Shown here: in pieces, positions 11,346 to 24,140 of the stretch | Layout: the number at the start of each line of letters is the position of its first letter | Position numbering within the stretch: the stretch's first letter is position 1 | Assembly (NCBI GenBank): GCA_965287045.1 | Contig: OZ336904.1 | Coordinates: 12,648,001 to 12,712,000 of the forward strand | Origin: Carcharhinus amblyrhynchos | Taxonomy: Eukaryota | Length of the DNA stretch: 64,000 bases | Direction of reading: 5' to 3' | The notes under the pieces: generated by a model | Databases searched by the model: none | Seen by the model: the letters and a program-made list of their open reading frames with translations, nothing else | Told to the model about the DNA's origin: nothing | Translations under genes and position numbers: made by a program

Positions 11346-12477
11346 ATAGATCCTTTACCTATACATTCAAAAAAAACACACTTCAGTTCAGTGGCCTCTA
11401 GCTGCTGAACCTAAGAACAGGACTAGGCCATTCAGCCCCTCAAAGTCCTGACCCTAACCAGCACAACAAGCCAACAGGAATCTCACTTACTCCACCTCAC
11501 TTTTAGCATGATAGGTCCCTGACCTGAGCAGCCATGAACCTTGCCAACCATGCCTGACCTTTACTGTGGTTAGTCCTTCACCTGAGTCATAATACTTTGC
11601 CGACCACACCCAGCCTTTAATGCAGCAAGGCTCTGACCCAAGTCAACTGCACCCCTGGTGTTGGAAGTCTAGCTGATTGTCCATAAGCAAGCCTAGTCTT
11701 ATATGTGTGATTTCTGAAAACCAAAATTATTTGAAATGTGGTTGTCTCTAGGATTTTGGATACTTGACCAGTAGCGAAGTGAAGGATATGCCACGCCAGA
11801 TTGTGGTTGAATGCAATTATGTTGCTGAATACAGTCTACAACGTCTCATGGTGTTCAGTTTGGAACTGCTGGATCTCTGCTGAATCTACCCTTTTAGGTC
11901 AGTGGTAGGGTCACACTGATTTCTATAAGCGAATCATGGTTTCTTCTAGTTGAGAAGCCAACCAATTCTGTAGTTGTGTCTTGTACAAAGAAATCGTTCT
12001 CAAGGTTCTGCTAGGTTATCACTTGAGTCGGGTCACTGTGGAATCTCGCCAAGCTCGCTCTGGAAAACCGCTGTTACTTCAGGCCAAGATTTTACCTGCA
12101 AGAGAGTTAAGTAGCCTGAACAGTCAGAACTCTCTCTTCTTTATTTTTGTGAAGGGAGACAATCACTGCGTTGTGAAGAACTGTCCCTTTCTCCCAGCAT
12201 GCTGTACACAGATCTGTAAGCATATCAAAGATTACATTGCCAGCCAACGTACAGACCTCAGCTGGAATTGCATCTATTCTGCTTTGTGCGATTTAAATTG
12301 CATTGCAGCAGTGTGCAAGAATTCAAAGCAATGCAGTAGGAAAGGCTGTATTTAAAAGACAGTTATTGACTGGAAAGCAGAATAAATAACTCAAGAAAAG
12401 ACTTGTTTGATTTGGAGTGATTTTTCTAACAATGAGAGATCAGATCTTATGGGAAGAGAAGGCCAATTTGCTAAATA

Positions 12478-12600
12478 GCTTTGAAATGCAGGTTTGGAGG
12501 AGAATAGAAATGACGAGTTGGGCAGAAAGTCACAAGAGATGAGATGCTAAGAAAAGGGAAGGATGAAGGCATTAACTAAACTTTTAGGGAAAAGCAGAGA
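12478..12600 (+). mobile_element. Old RTE-clade LINE C-terminal fragment
   Basis: gctttgaaatgcaggtttggaggagaatagaaatgacgagttgggcagaa reads AFEMQVWRRIEMTSWAE, similar to the RTE AFEMWxWRRMLxISW motif. Confidence 0.55.
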
Positions 12601-12770
12601 CAGAGGAAACACACAGGTGAGAGAATTTATGGCAGAAGATTACATTTTCCAGGATCTTGCCATTGACTTGCCTAACAAGATAGAAACATGTGGTGTGGGT
12701 GCTGGTTGGAAGAGGACCTTAATTTTGTCAGGTGTTTAGTGAAAAGCCTATTTTCTTATGCACTGGCAAC

Positions 12771-13482
12771 TGTTAAGACCAGGCCAGAAACTCCAAGATG
12801 TTTTATGGGGTTAGCCTAGACAAAGTTTTACATTTGATTTGGCATGGGTGAGCATAAATTGTTTCACTTCAGGTATGATTCAAGTGACCCACTGGGAAGC
12901 TTCTATCAGACAAAGTTTATTTAAAAACCGTTAAAATACAAGAATTAACATAACTTTTATTAATAAAAAGACTTAAACATGACTGCATAATTTGTCATTC
13001 CAAGTTGAACAATTTCCCACAGACACTCTTCTCCAGTTTCAACACAAAAACAAGGATGCTCATGTGTTGCTGGATTTTCAACTTTGTAACACCCATAAAC
13101 AGAAATCCAAACAAGCAGTTTCCCAAGAGGGGTATATCCTCAAACCAGCCAATCTTCAGAGGGATAAACATAATCTTTGGCAACTTCTAAAATAGCCAGA
13201 GAAAACAAATGCCAACTTGGGGGAAGGAGAGAAACACTGCTGTCTCTGTTTCAAGCCATTCTGAAAAATGAAAGTAAAAACTGAAATGCTCTGAAAAGTA
13301 GCTGTCCCTAGTCACATGACATGACCTACAAATCACCCCCAATCAAGCTCTACTTAGCAATCCCAAGAGACTGCTAAAAACAAAGAACACTGCATTAGTT
13401 CAGATTAAAAATCAACAGGATAACAAAACATCTTGCAGAGAAACACGATTAAAATAAGTTTCTTAAAAGCACAGTATCATCA
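12771..13482 (-). mobile_element. Probable solo LTR (~710 bp)
   Basis: Bounded by TG...CA. Both ends match, in reverse complement, the ends of the element at 15748-16491 (tgatgatactgtgc-ttt; ctt-gg-gtttctg...ctggt...taac). Confidence 0.65.
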
Positions 13483-13519
13483 TACAATGATCTGGAGCTC
13501 AGTTTCTGAATAAGCACAC

Positions 13520-14580
13520 ACACCCCATCTGCATACTGAAGCTCCAAGACTGGAACGATTTTGGTTTTGGATTGAAGGCTGCATACATTGAATCATTTTT
13601 CCCAACTGTTCTGTGGGTAATTTATTGGACATACGGTGCAGCATCGCAGTGATGAAAATGACAGGAGTGTTGGTGCAAAGATAGCCTGTTTGACCACACT
13701 TTTCACCAAGTTAGGATCTGTCGTTTGTTTTTGAGGATCACAGCTTGCATGGCATGAAGCAGGTGGAGGAGGATGGCAACAAAATTTCAGAGGGCAGTCC
13801 AAGATACTCGGTAAATCCTCATGACAAAGTTATAAGCTTTTGAGATCGAGAAAAACCATCGACAACAGGTGTTACTGCTTTAACTTTTCTTGAATTTGCC
13901 ACATTAAAGATCTTGGCTAGAATTCTCTGACCTTGCCCAGAGCTGGGATTCTCTGGTACCACTGCAGTGAATGGAGATTTGGCTGAGCGCCAAATTCTCT
14001 GTTCTTGCTGGCAGCATTAGCAGGGCATGCGAGACTGGAGAGTTCTAGCCCATGACTGAGGTGCTCTTGATGGGTGAAAAATCTCACATTCTGGAAGGAA
14101 TTGTTTGCCAGCTGGGAGGTGGTGGTTAAGGATGATCCTTTCAATGATTTTCTCTGTGGCAGACAGCAGGAAAACTCCTCTGTAATTACCACAATGGTAC
14201 TCATCTCCACTTTCTGAATATACAGTCACAATGTCAGAATCCGAGGTGCTCTTTTACGTACTGATCTTCCCAGATGAGGGATATGATGTTGAGCAAACAT
14301 GTCAGAACAATATCTCTGCCATGTTTCAGAATTTCTGCAGCAATTGTCTGCTCCAGAGGCCTTGTTGCTTTCCAGACCACGGTAGCACTGATGCAGATAG
14401 ATGGGGTAGAAGAATGGAGTTGAGAACTTTCAAGCCAGATAGAATCTTGATTGACAAGATCTTCAAAATGTTCTCGGAGACTGCCTCCCTGTTGTTGATG
14501 AGCTCTCTTCCATGCTCGATTCTTAGAAAGATGGGTCCTTGAGTATGTGGCTACAGATCATCAGTGCTGAAGAATCAGTG
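13520..14580 (-). mobile_element. RTE-clade LINE remnant
   Basis: ORF 14017-14229 HCGNYRGVFLLSATEKIIERIILNHHLP...LPECEIF matches the RTE RT N-terminal motif CGNYRGISLLS...LPESQCGF. Confidence 0.75.
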
Positions 14581-14809
14581 CACATCACTGGTATACACGG
14601 CTCGTTGGAACCCCTTGCGCTCTTTCTACCATCATAAAAATATCGTAGAGACAGCAGAGAGGATGCAAAAAAAAATTTAAAGAAAGAACGTGGGTATGCA
14701 TATCAGGAAAAGATGAACAAGCTGGATTTCTTTTGTCTTGAAAGAAAAGGTTGAAGGGTGACCCGACAGAGGGTCTTAAATTATGATTTTAATGGGTACT
14801 GTAGAAAAG

Positions 14810-16770
14810 TTATGCTGTTCAGCCCATTGTGTCTGCACCAAAGACAGAAAAAACTAACCACTCATTTTAATCCCATTTTCCAGCACCTGCTCTACAGCCT
14901 TGCAGGCTATAGCACTTGAGAAATACACTGAGCATTTCAGCCTCAACCGTTTGCCACTTTTGCGCCCGCTCAGCCAAATAATTAATACCATTCTGGAGAA
15001 AACAGCTTTCCTCTTCACTGTCAATCACCCAACCCATTTTCGTGTCATCTTCAAATTTCCCAATCATGCCTCCCATATTTTAATCCAAACCATTACATAT
15101 ATACAGTAAAGGCTCCAACACCAAACCATGTGGAATGCCAGTGGAACCTGCTTTCTATTCTCAAAAACATCCACTGACTATACCACTTTATTTCTGTCGC
15201 TAAGCCAATTTTGGATCCAACTTTCCACTTCCTCAGTATCCTAAGCATCTCATGTCTGCCACATGGGACCTTGTCAAATGCCTTACTAAAATTCCTGTAG
15301 ACAAAATCCACTATACTACCTTCCATCAATCCTTCTTCTTGTCACTTCTGTAAAAAAGTTGATCTAGTAAGACATGATCTTCCCTTAAAATTTGTCTTCA
15401 TCCAATTCTAAGAATTTTTACTCCTGTTCTTTGACTTTTTCCAATGGTGCTGAATCTAATTGTACTATGGTGACTATCCCCAAAATGATCCCCCTTGCTG
15501 CTTCAGTCACTTGCCCAGCATCAACTCCTGAGACTAAATCTAGAAATGTATCCTCTCCAGTTGGGCTTATGTGCTGACTAGAAAAATCCTCTTGAATGCA
15601 GTTCAACAATTTTGCATTCTTTCCACTGTTTGTATTCCAAACAATATTAGGCTAGTTGAAGTTCTCAATTACTACTGCCTTTTTTTTGCACTCAGGAATT
15701 TGCTTACATATTCGCTCTAACTCCCCATCATTGTTTGGGGATGGGGGTGATGATACTGTGCCTTTCAGAAAGGTGTTTTCACCGTGTTTCTTGTAAAGGG
15801 ACATGTTTAAAATTCAACTGTTTTACATGATGTCCATTTGTCTGCACCAAGCAGCTAACATGCTGAGAATGCAGGCTAACAGTTGATTTTAAGCATGGGA
15901 TGTGTTAATTTTAATCTGAGTTGATACATTTTAGTTAATATTGGTTTTTCCCATGGAGTTTCAGAGTAGGGTTTTGATTAAGTTGATTGACAAAAACAAA
16001 CCCGTATGAACTTGGCAGGGAAAACACAGTTTTCTTTGATTGTCAATTTCCGCCTGAACCTGAAAGTGTCTAAAGGTGTTTTTGTGTCTCTCTCTGGAGG
16101 TGTGCTGTTTGGGGCTGTCAGATGACAGGTGTCTCTGTCTCTCCTCAGAGCGTTCAAAGGCTGTAGGACTATTAACAAGCAGAAACATGTAAGCCTGAGA
16201 GTTTGCTTAAAAAAAAGTTCAAGTCTGAGAGGAATATTGCTTGAATTGGAACTAATAGATTGGTTAGCAGTCATGTTTAAGTATTTCAATTGGTAAAAAT
16301 TAAAGTAATTCATTTTTTTGGTTAAACTGTATTGTTAAATGATGTTTGTTTTGATAAAAGTTTCCCAGTGTTTCAGGAGAATCATACCTAGAGTGAAACA
16401 CCTTATCCTCATACTAATGTCAAAATACAAAAACTGTTGGGGTCTAGTTGGGCTTCATGACACTTGGGGTTTCTGCTCTGGTACCCTAACCGGGTTCAAT
16501 AGTACACTCTTAATAGTGTGGCTATCTCTTTTGTCACTTGAGGTCAACCCATTAGGCCTCATTTGATGTTTCATTTAGTATATTATCTCTCCTCATAGAT
16601 GTAACTGATTATTTACCCACCCACGCTACATCCCCAACTTTGTCATCCCCCAATATCCCACTGAAAACACCACAGTCAGGGATGTTGAGCTGGCATTTTT
16701 GCCCCTCTCCAAGCTAAATTACCATTATAGCAATTATATCATGGTGCCGTGTCTGTGTCTTCAGCTCATA
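14810..16770 (-). mobile_element. Old CR1 LINE (endonuclease to RT remnant) interrupted by a solo LTR
   Basis: ORFs give IGKFEDDTKMG (14867-15076), VDFVYRNFSKAFDKVP (15093-15329) and LNCIQEDFSSQHISPTGEDTFLDLV (15418-15609). Endonuclease-like sequence resumes at 16492. Confidence 0.8.
15748..16491 (+). mobile_element. Probable solo LTR (~740 bp)
   Basis: Starts TGATGATACTGTG and ends ...ccctaacc, flanked by gggg/gggt (near-perfect 4-bp TSD). It splits the CR1 remnant and is related to 12771-13482. Confidence 0.7.
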
Positions 16771-16773
16771 GGC

Positions 16774-17630
16774 TCTATAGTTGTAGACAGCGAGGATGGA
16801 TGTTACAGTTTGCAGAGGGACATAGATAAGCTGCAGAGCTGGACTGAGAGGTGGCAAATGGGAGTTTAATGCGGAAAAGTGTGAGGTGATTCACTTCGGT
16901 AAGAGTAACAGGAGTACAGAATATAGGGCTAATGGAAGGACTCATGGTAGTGTCGACGAGCAGAGAGATCTCAGTGTACATGTGCATAGATCCTTGAAAG
17001 TTGGCACCCAGGTTGATAAGGTTGTTAAGAAAGCGTACAGTGTGTTAGCTTTTACTGGTAGAGGGTTTGAATTTTGGAGCCATGAGGTCATGTTGCAACT
17101 GTACAAAACTCTGGTGCGGCCGCACCTGGAGTATTGCGTACAGTTCTGGTCACCGCATTATAAGAAGGATGTGGTGGAAAGGGTGCAGAGGAGGTTTGCC
17201 AGAATGTTGCCTGGTATGGTGGAAAAGTCTTATGAGGAAAGGCTGAGGGACTTGTGGTTATTTTTGTTAGAAAGAAGAAGGTTAAGAGGTGACCCAATTG
17301 AGGCATACAAGATGATCAGAGGGTTAGATAGGGTGGACAGTGAGAGCCTTTGTCCTCGGATGGTGGTGGCTAACACGATAGCTTTAAATTAAGGGGTGGT
17401 AATTATAGGATGGATGTCAGAGGTAGGTTTTTTACTCAGAGGGTAGCAAGGGCACGGAATGCCCTGCCTGCAGCAGTTGTGGACTTGCCAACTTTAAGGG
17501 TGTTCAAATGGTCAGTGGATAGGCTTATGGATGACACTGGAATAGTTTAGGTTAGAGGGTCATTAGATTGGTTCCAATGGTCGGCGCAACATCAAGGGCC
17601 GAAGAGCTGTAATGTTCTATGTTCTATATG
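16774..17630 (+). mobile_element. 5'-truncated CR1 LINE, second subfamily
   Basis: ORF 16886-17392 IHFGKSN...LYKTLVRPHLEYCVQFWSPHY...RRRLRGDPIEAYK. Ends in a (gttctat)n-like tail. Confidence 0.93.
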
Positions 17631-17654
17631 TTTCTGCTCTTGCGAAATAGCATA

Positions 17655-17915
17655 ACTAGAGGTCAAAAATCCAGAAAGAAATTCAGAAGAAAATTCTTTA
17701 CCCAACGGTGGTGAGAAGTAGAACTTGCCTACCACAGAGTGGTTGAAGCAAACAGATGCATTTAAGGGGAAGCTAGACAAGCATACAAGGGAGATGGAAA
17801 AGAGGGTGATGATGTTAGATTTAGGATGAGAGAAGATGGAAGAGGGAGGAGGCTCAAGAGGAGCATAAATTCAGGCATGATCTCTTTGGAGTGAATGGCC
17901 TGTTTGTGTCATAGA
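17655..17915 (+). mobile_element. Older CR1 3' end
   Basis: agaagaaaattctttacccaacggtggtgagaag...gcatttaaggggaagctagacaag...gaatggcctgttt. Confidence 0.65.
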
Positions 17916-18870
17916 TCCCTTTTGTATTAAGAACACAAGTGAGTCTTTAAATGCATTTCAGTATTAAAATGAAGTTGTTATATCAGTTCACTCTGCATTT
18001 ATGGTGGGAATGAATGGTGTTCCATCAGCAATGTTGACATACCATCTAGTCAAGAATTAAGCCAGAAATCATACAATATATATTCCTTTCTATATGCATA
18101 TAAATTGCTGTTATTAATTACATAACAGCTGAGAGAAGGACAGACCATCATAAACAAGATACTATGTAGCATAATTGAGTTAACTTTGTTTTCAAGTCTG
18201 TAGTTCTTTTCACGTTTCTCAAAGTTTCAGCTAGTTGGTTTCTATGTTATTGCTTCTTATGGATCTTGATCATTTATCTATAAAAACGCAGAGAAACAGA
18301 AATTGAAGAGCTCCGGAAGGCTGGTGTTTAAGATTATCTCTTTGAACTTGCTGGTTAATCAAGCAGTAAACTTTGATAGCAATATTAAGATATAAATATT
18401 CCAAACACAAGTTCATTGGCAAATTATAATTATCTTTCATAATTAGAATCCCTCAATTGATTAAAAACTTACAAACCTACAAGACATGAACATTCAAACT
18501 CCACCCATTGACACACCAATCTTTTAAAATTTAGCATTCAAAAGCAGATGAAAATGAAAAAGGCATTCAGGGTAGAAGCTTCCAATTACAGTGCAATTTG
18601 GATAATATCTTACTAATAACTCAATGTCAATAGCAGTCATGCCAAGCACTCATGCACATTATCGTGCAAGAATGGAGCAAGGCATTGGTGCACAACAAAT
18701 GCCTTTATGGTTGGAAGTCAATTTCAACAAAGCCACCAAGAGAAGGCATATACGTTGCAGAAAAGATAAGTGGGAAAAAAAAACTTTTCTTTAGGTCACA
18801 CATCTTATATGTAGTCTACATCTATATGTCTACATCTATAAGTCTACATCTTATATGTAGACTTATATAC

Positions 18871-19186
18871 AGTGGCATAGTGATTAGCACTGCTGCCTCA
18901 CAGCGCAAGGGACCTGGGTTCAATTCCAGCCTCAGGTGACGGTCAGTGTGGAGTTTGCACATCCTCCCCATGTCAGCGTGGGTTTTCTCCAGGTGCTCCG
19001 GTTTCCTCCCACAGTCCAGGAGGTGCAGGATAGGTCGATTGGCCATGCTAAATTGACTCTAGTGTCAGGGCATTAGCAGGGTAAATATGTGGGGTTGCAG
19101 GATTAGGGCCTGGGTGCAATTGTGGTCTGTGCAAACTCAATGGGCTGAATGGCCTTCTTCTGCACTGTAGGGTTTCTATGATTCTA
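18871..19186 (+). mobile_element. Near full-length HE1-type tRNA-derived V-SINE
   Basis: A-box-like tggcatagtgattag, B-box-like ggttcaattcc, V-domain gtgtggagtttgcac...gctccggtttcctcccacagtcc, and a CR1/HER1-type 3' tail ending (ttctatga). Confidence 0.92.
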
Positions 19187-22100
19187 CTCACTTTTCCTTC
19201 CTCAGCAGTATGGCCATCCATAATATTCACAATTTGTACCCATTCTGTCATCAATAAGTGATTCTGCACCAGCCATGGAAGTCGATGACAGAAATTCTTT
19301 CATTTAACAATCAGTCAGTACACCAAAGCAACAAGTTTTCTTCACATTGCTGTTTTCTTCCATTAGTGTTACAATAAGGGCTCCTCAACATATTTGTGTT
19401 ATAAACATAACAGAATTTCTAAAAACAGATTGCGACTTGAAATTTGCTCTCCAATGTGTAATCCAAATGGGTGTGCGCTACAGGGCTCAATTATCCTTTA
19501 AGTCAGTATCTTACACCAATCATGGATTGTCACATTCCCTACATGCTCTTCAAAGATGAAAAAGAAGAACACCATTGTTGGGTCTGTTTATCCCAAGATT
19601 AAACTGTCAAATTGCAAGAAAATTTGCACAGAATGAAAATAATGTTGCAGTTAACTAGCAGTATTTGTTTGGGCAATAGTTATCTCGAGTACGCAAAACC
19701 GTAGCGATTATTTTTGGAAGCTTCCAAAGAGTCCCCAATGTGTTCCTATGGCAAAGGCATTCCATGAAAACCTCTCCATCGTCGTCCTCCGCAGGAAACC
19801 AAGACAAAAACTGACTGGAAGCTACAGGAAAAGCCCATTCCTTTAAACAAATTTTCTGAATTCAAGAAAAAAAAAATCAATACAAGATTAAAGATGCTAT
19901 GGATGGACAGGTCCCCATAATATTAATCGAGCTTTGATTTTAAAACATTTGAGGAGGAAAAACAGCCCTATTTTGCTCAAAATCTAAAGCTACATATACT
20001 TGATGAGAAACTCCTTTAAATGGTTCAGCAAAAATAATGATTTTCATTTTTTTTCCCAGCTAGCAATCCTTGTCATTTGACAGGTAGGCTGTGATGAGGC
20101 CCATTTATAAAAACTAGTAAGAGCGAAACCAGATAGGCCAAGTAGCGTTTCTTAGGGGTAAACAGACTACAGGTAGCGATTGCTTTGTATATTGTTCACC
20201 ACAGACAGAGGTATACAGTATACTATACGGCAATTTGGAGAACAATTTAGTCACAAGAAGGGAATTTTCACAGAAATTTCATTGCAGTATTAACACAAGC
20301 CTACCTGTTACACTAACAAACAAACTATAAGACGTTGAAGAAAAATATTGTACAGAAATATTGTTCAAGGTATGAGGGGATCTGGTTCTGTCATAATTAG
20401 TTGACAATGGCAAATGGGATTTGAGAATGTAAGTCTAAATCTTTCCTATTTGCAGCAGGACTTTAGGATGCAGATCAGACTTGACGGTATTCACATACCA
20501 ATCAGAACCCTACCAAATATCCCAGATGAACACGTTCCACCTTCACGTTGCAGGATAATGAGACCGCCTGTTGCGTGGATGCAGTTTTCAATGCTATATT
20601 ACACTAGGCCTGAATGTATTTACCTCACTTGCGCAGAGTAAGAATTTAACAAGTCGAATTCTACTTCTGATCTGATGGGTGCATCTAAATCCAGAGATAA
20701 TATGGTTCAAAGCTGATCACACTCAAATTCCATCACTTGCTGAAATTGCCTGAATAGCCATAGCATTTTCAATGTCACAATACTGCAAAATTGATGAATA
20801 TCTCTGTCCAACTGCAATCCTGGTTTAATTCAAATATAGTTTTAGTATTGTAGGGGATGCCATTGCTGACAGTTTTACAAGTTACATCTGTTCCACTATA
20901 ATAGCAAATTTCACTATTTATTTACTCTTCATTGAGAAATTTCTGCAAACGAACCTAGTGAAGGTGATATTTTTTGAATTGCAGCCAGTTACAAGTTGAA
21001 GTCAGTCAAAAAGGTAGTAGTTCAAATTGCAGCTGCTTTGGTTGGAGCAGAGTGCAAGAATGATTATTATACAGCTTATTACTGTTGTATGGGGAAAAGA
21101 AAAAAGTAATTTAAATAGAACCACACTCTATTCCCTGCGCACCCCCAGACCATTAGTGAATTTTGCACTTTTGTCTTCACCATCATACATTACATTCTGC
21201 TTACATGCAGACAGTCTCTGTAGCATCAGATGAAAGAAACAGACAAGGCCTATGGGGATTTCCTAACTCTACGCTCTTGTCTGTTGACACTGCATATTAA
21301 AATTAATGATCAAAAATATTGAGAGACCTCACCCTGCAATTCCCTGACCTCTGTTGCTGGTACGTGAAGCTCTGTGCTGACAAAACTAATTCATTTATCC
21401 AGTGTGTAATATGTTTATCTAGTTGATATTTTCAGGTAGCTTCAAAAGGATTGTGTCTACCATTAACTGAATTTGAAGTATTTTGAGGCTAGAGTGGGCA
21501 AAAAAAACACAAGGAAATCAACAGCACACTTTGAACGGAGGTGAAAAGATTTTTGACTATGGAAGCACCAAAACATAGTTACAAACTGCATTTGATCTTC
21601 CTGCGTCTTCCCCTAAAGTTTCACATTCCTACATGGACACTTCCTCACATTCTTTTCCTTTAAGAACCATTCCTTTATAATGGGGGTCCTCATTCCCCCC
21701 CAATAAGTTTCTCAATTCTTCTGATTTAAGCAGATGTCACAAATTGCACCTTTTTAAATCCAAATCAGTGGAGAATAAAAAATTGATTTCAAGTTTTATT
21801 GCCTATTGCCCTTAGAGCCATTTAAACGAAGGACACTAATGATGTCATTGTGGTATTCTGAGTCTTTTACAAGAAATTTTCAAAGATCACCACCAAGATT
21901 TATTTGAAGAAAAATATCTGTATGCATATCCCCGTGGATTGCGAACATGCAAAGTGCATGTTACTCTAATGTTACAAAATATTGCTATTTTGCTGACATT
22001 GTAAATTATTGTGCAAATTATGGAAGGCTGTCGAGTTGCATTTATGCAACCAAAGTTCAAAACAGTAGCTACAAAATGTAGACGTATATTAGAAAAAAGA

Positions 22101-22244
22101 GACAGTCAAAACAGCTTCATATTGAAGTCATAGCAAGCAAGAATTGGGTGAATCTAAGGACAGACAAGAACTAGGATCAGCTACAATCTGATTAGTGTTA
22201 GATAATGAGACTTGAAAGCAACATGGCAGATGATCAAACAAACA

Positions 22245-22660
22245 GTTGTATTTATATAGCACTCTTACGTCCCAAGGTGACTCATAGCAGCATTATAACA
22301 AAAAGCTAGACACTTGCCACAGAGATCATGCAACAGATGACAGACAGCTTGCTCAAAGCAGTAGGTTTTAAGAAGTGTGTCAAAAGAGTAGCAGAATGAA
22401 GGGAGAAAGGTTTACGGAGGCAATTCCGAATGATAGCACCATGGCAGCTGATGGCACAGCCACTGATCACGAACTGATAAAAATCAAGAATGTGAAGAGA
22501 TCAGAAATAAAGAAGCACAGGTAATTCTGGAAGAATTGTGGAGCTAAATAGGTCGTAGGAGCTCACGTACGTAGAGCCCACAAGGATGAGGTTTTTAAAA
22601 CTGAGACAGGAGCCAATGTAGGTCAGCAAGCAGAGAGGATATAGACAAACAAGATGGTGC
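22245..22660 (-). mobile_element. L2-type LINE 3' end (degenerate)
   Basis: ttgtatttatatagcac...gtaggttttaag...ggtttacggaggcaattcc...ggcagctga. Related remnants lie at ~30590-30800 and ~59860-60040. Confidence 0.6.
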
Positions 22661-23056
22661 AAATAAGACACCGACACAGCTTTGAACAACTCAAGTTTAC
22701 AGAACTGTTGAATTTGATTTGGGAGGGAGAAAGAAAAGTGGTCTAATTTCCACGACATTTACCACTAATTCTGTGTAGGCATTAGGTCAAGTGACCAAAA
22801 TAAAATTGTCCAAGTAGCACTGAAAATGCCAAGGAACACTCAGCATTCAAAACTGAGAAAGTCAATAAATTAATGACAGGATCAGCATCACTGCTAGAAC
22901 TTTGTTCATAATCTTAATATTTTGCAAATCCAACATGGTATGTTCCGAGAACTCCCAATCAGGTAGTGCTGTGCTCTCTTTTGATTTTTTTTTGCTCTTC
23001 AAACGAGGGTGCAAAAACCCATTGTCAAATCAAACAACTGAGATACCTAGACTCAC

Positions 23057-23121
23057 CTGCATGGTTTCTGTTTTCCTAGGAAGCACTTCTCCCCATAGGG
23101 ACACATTCCATTTGTTCAAAT
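23057..23121 (-). other. Candidate small exon ending ...ACCATGCAG|GTGAGT
   Basis: Consensus donor CAG|GTGAGT, a Kozak-like ACCATG at 23060-23065 and a possible acceptor GTGTTTTAG. Not homology-confirmed. Confidence 0.3.
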
Positions 23122-23630
23122 CTAAAACACTATCAAATTGGTAGCACTACGGTTTAGGGCCCCTGGTGACCACGTAGCCATTGCTGGAACTCAAGTCAGT
23201 TTAAAACTGTGCAAATTTAAGAGCTGCTCCCTACTGTTTGCACAGCCAGGTATCCATTGAAGAAGTGGCTTCCAGCGTTTGTGATACCTGATGCAGCTCT
23301 CAGCGGCCGGTTCCAGTGAAGCTGATGATCAATCGTTAACAATATTGTGGGTACTGTGCACTAACCTGGTCTATGCACATAATTACTAGCTTGTCAGCCA
23401 GTTGAGTTGATTCAAAGCCTCAGTTTCCAAGTTTATCTTCAGAAGTATTCCAATCCCAAAAAACACAACTTATTTCCTAAAGGCAAAAGTGATCAGTTGA
23501 TTGCCATACCAAGATGGCACCAAAATTGAAATTCAGTATGCCCAGAAAAATCTTGTTCACCACCTCACAGTAGAAATGTAAAAGCGGAACCAGTTGAATA
23601 AATTATATAAAAGATAATAATACAATGGGA

Positions 23631-24140
23631 AACGCTGGAGGGAGTGCAGAGGAGGTTTACTAGGCTGATACCGGAGTTGAGGGGGTTGAAATATGAGGAG
23701 AGGCTGAATAAACTAGGCTTGTACTTGTTAAGAGTTTAGAAGAATGAGGGGAGATCTCATTGAGACATATAAGATGAATAAAGGGATGGATAGGATAGAG
23801 GCGGAGAGGCTCTTCCCGCTCAGAAAGGACAGTAGGACTAGAGGGCACAGCCTCAAGATAAAGGGAGGGTGGTTTAGAACAGAGTTGAGGAGGAACTTCT
23901 TCACACAAAGGGTGGTGAATCTCTGGAATTCTCTGCCCGTTGAAGTGGTGGAGGCTGCCTCGCTAAATATATTTAAGACGCGGGTTGATAGGCTTTTGAT
24001 AGGCAAGGGGATTAAGGGTTATGGGGAGAGGACGGGAAGGTGGGACTGAGACACGACAGATCAGCCATGATCTTATTGAATGGCGGGGCGGGCTCGAGGG
24101 GCTGGATGGCCTACTCCTGCTCCTATTTATGTTCTTATGC
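23631..24140 (+). mobile_element. Young 5'-truncated CR1 LINE (same subfamily as 4898-5563)
   Basis: ORF 23744-24049 MRGDLIETYK...FFTQRVVNLWNSLP, tail ttatgttcttatg. Confidence 0.95.

Noticed and set aside
18871-18945. tRNA gene (also ~57060-57128 and ~29230-29298)
   Set aside because: tRNA-derived SINE heads with A/B boxes but no complete cloverleaf, followed by SINE bodies.
21332-21375. Small minus-strand exon (AGG|GTGAGG donor)
   Set aside because: Acceptor is ambiguous (39 or 44 nt) and the peptide is unrecognised. Not distinguishable from chance.
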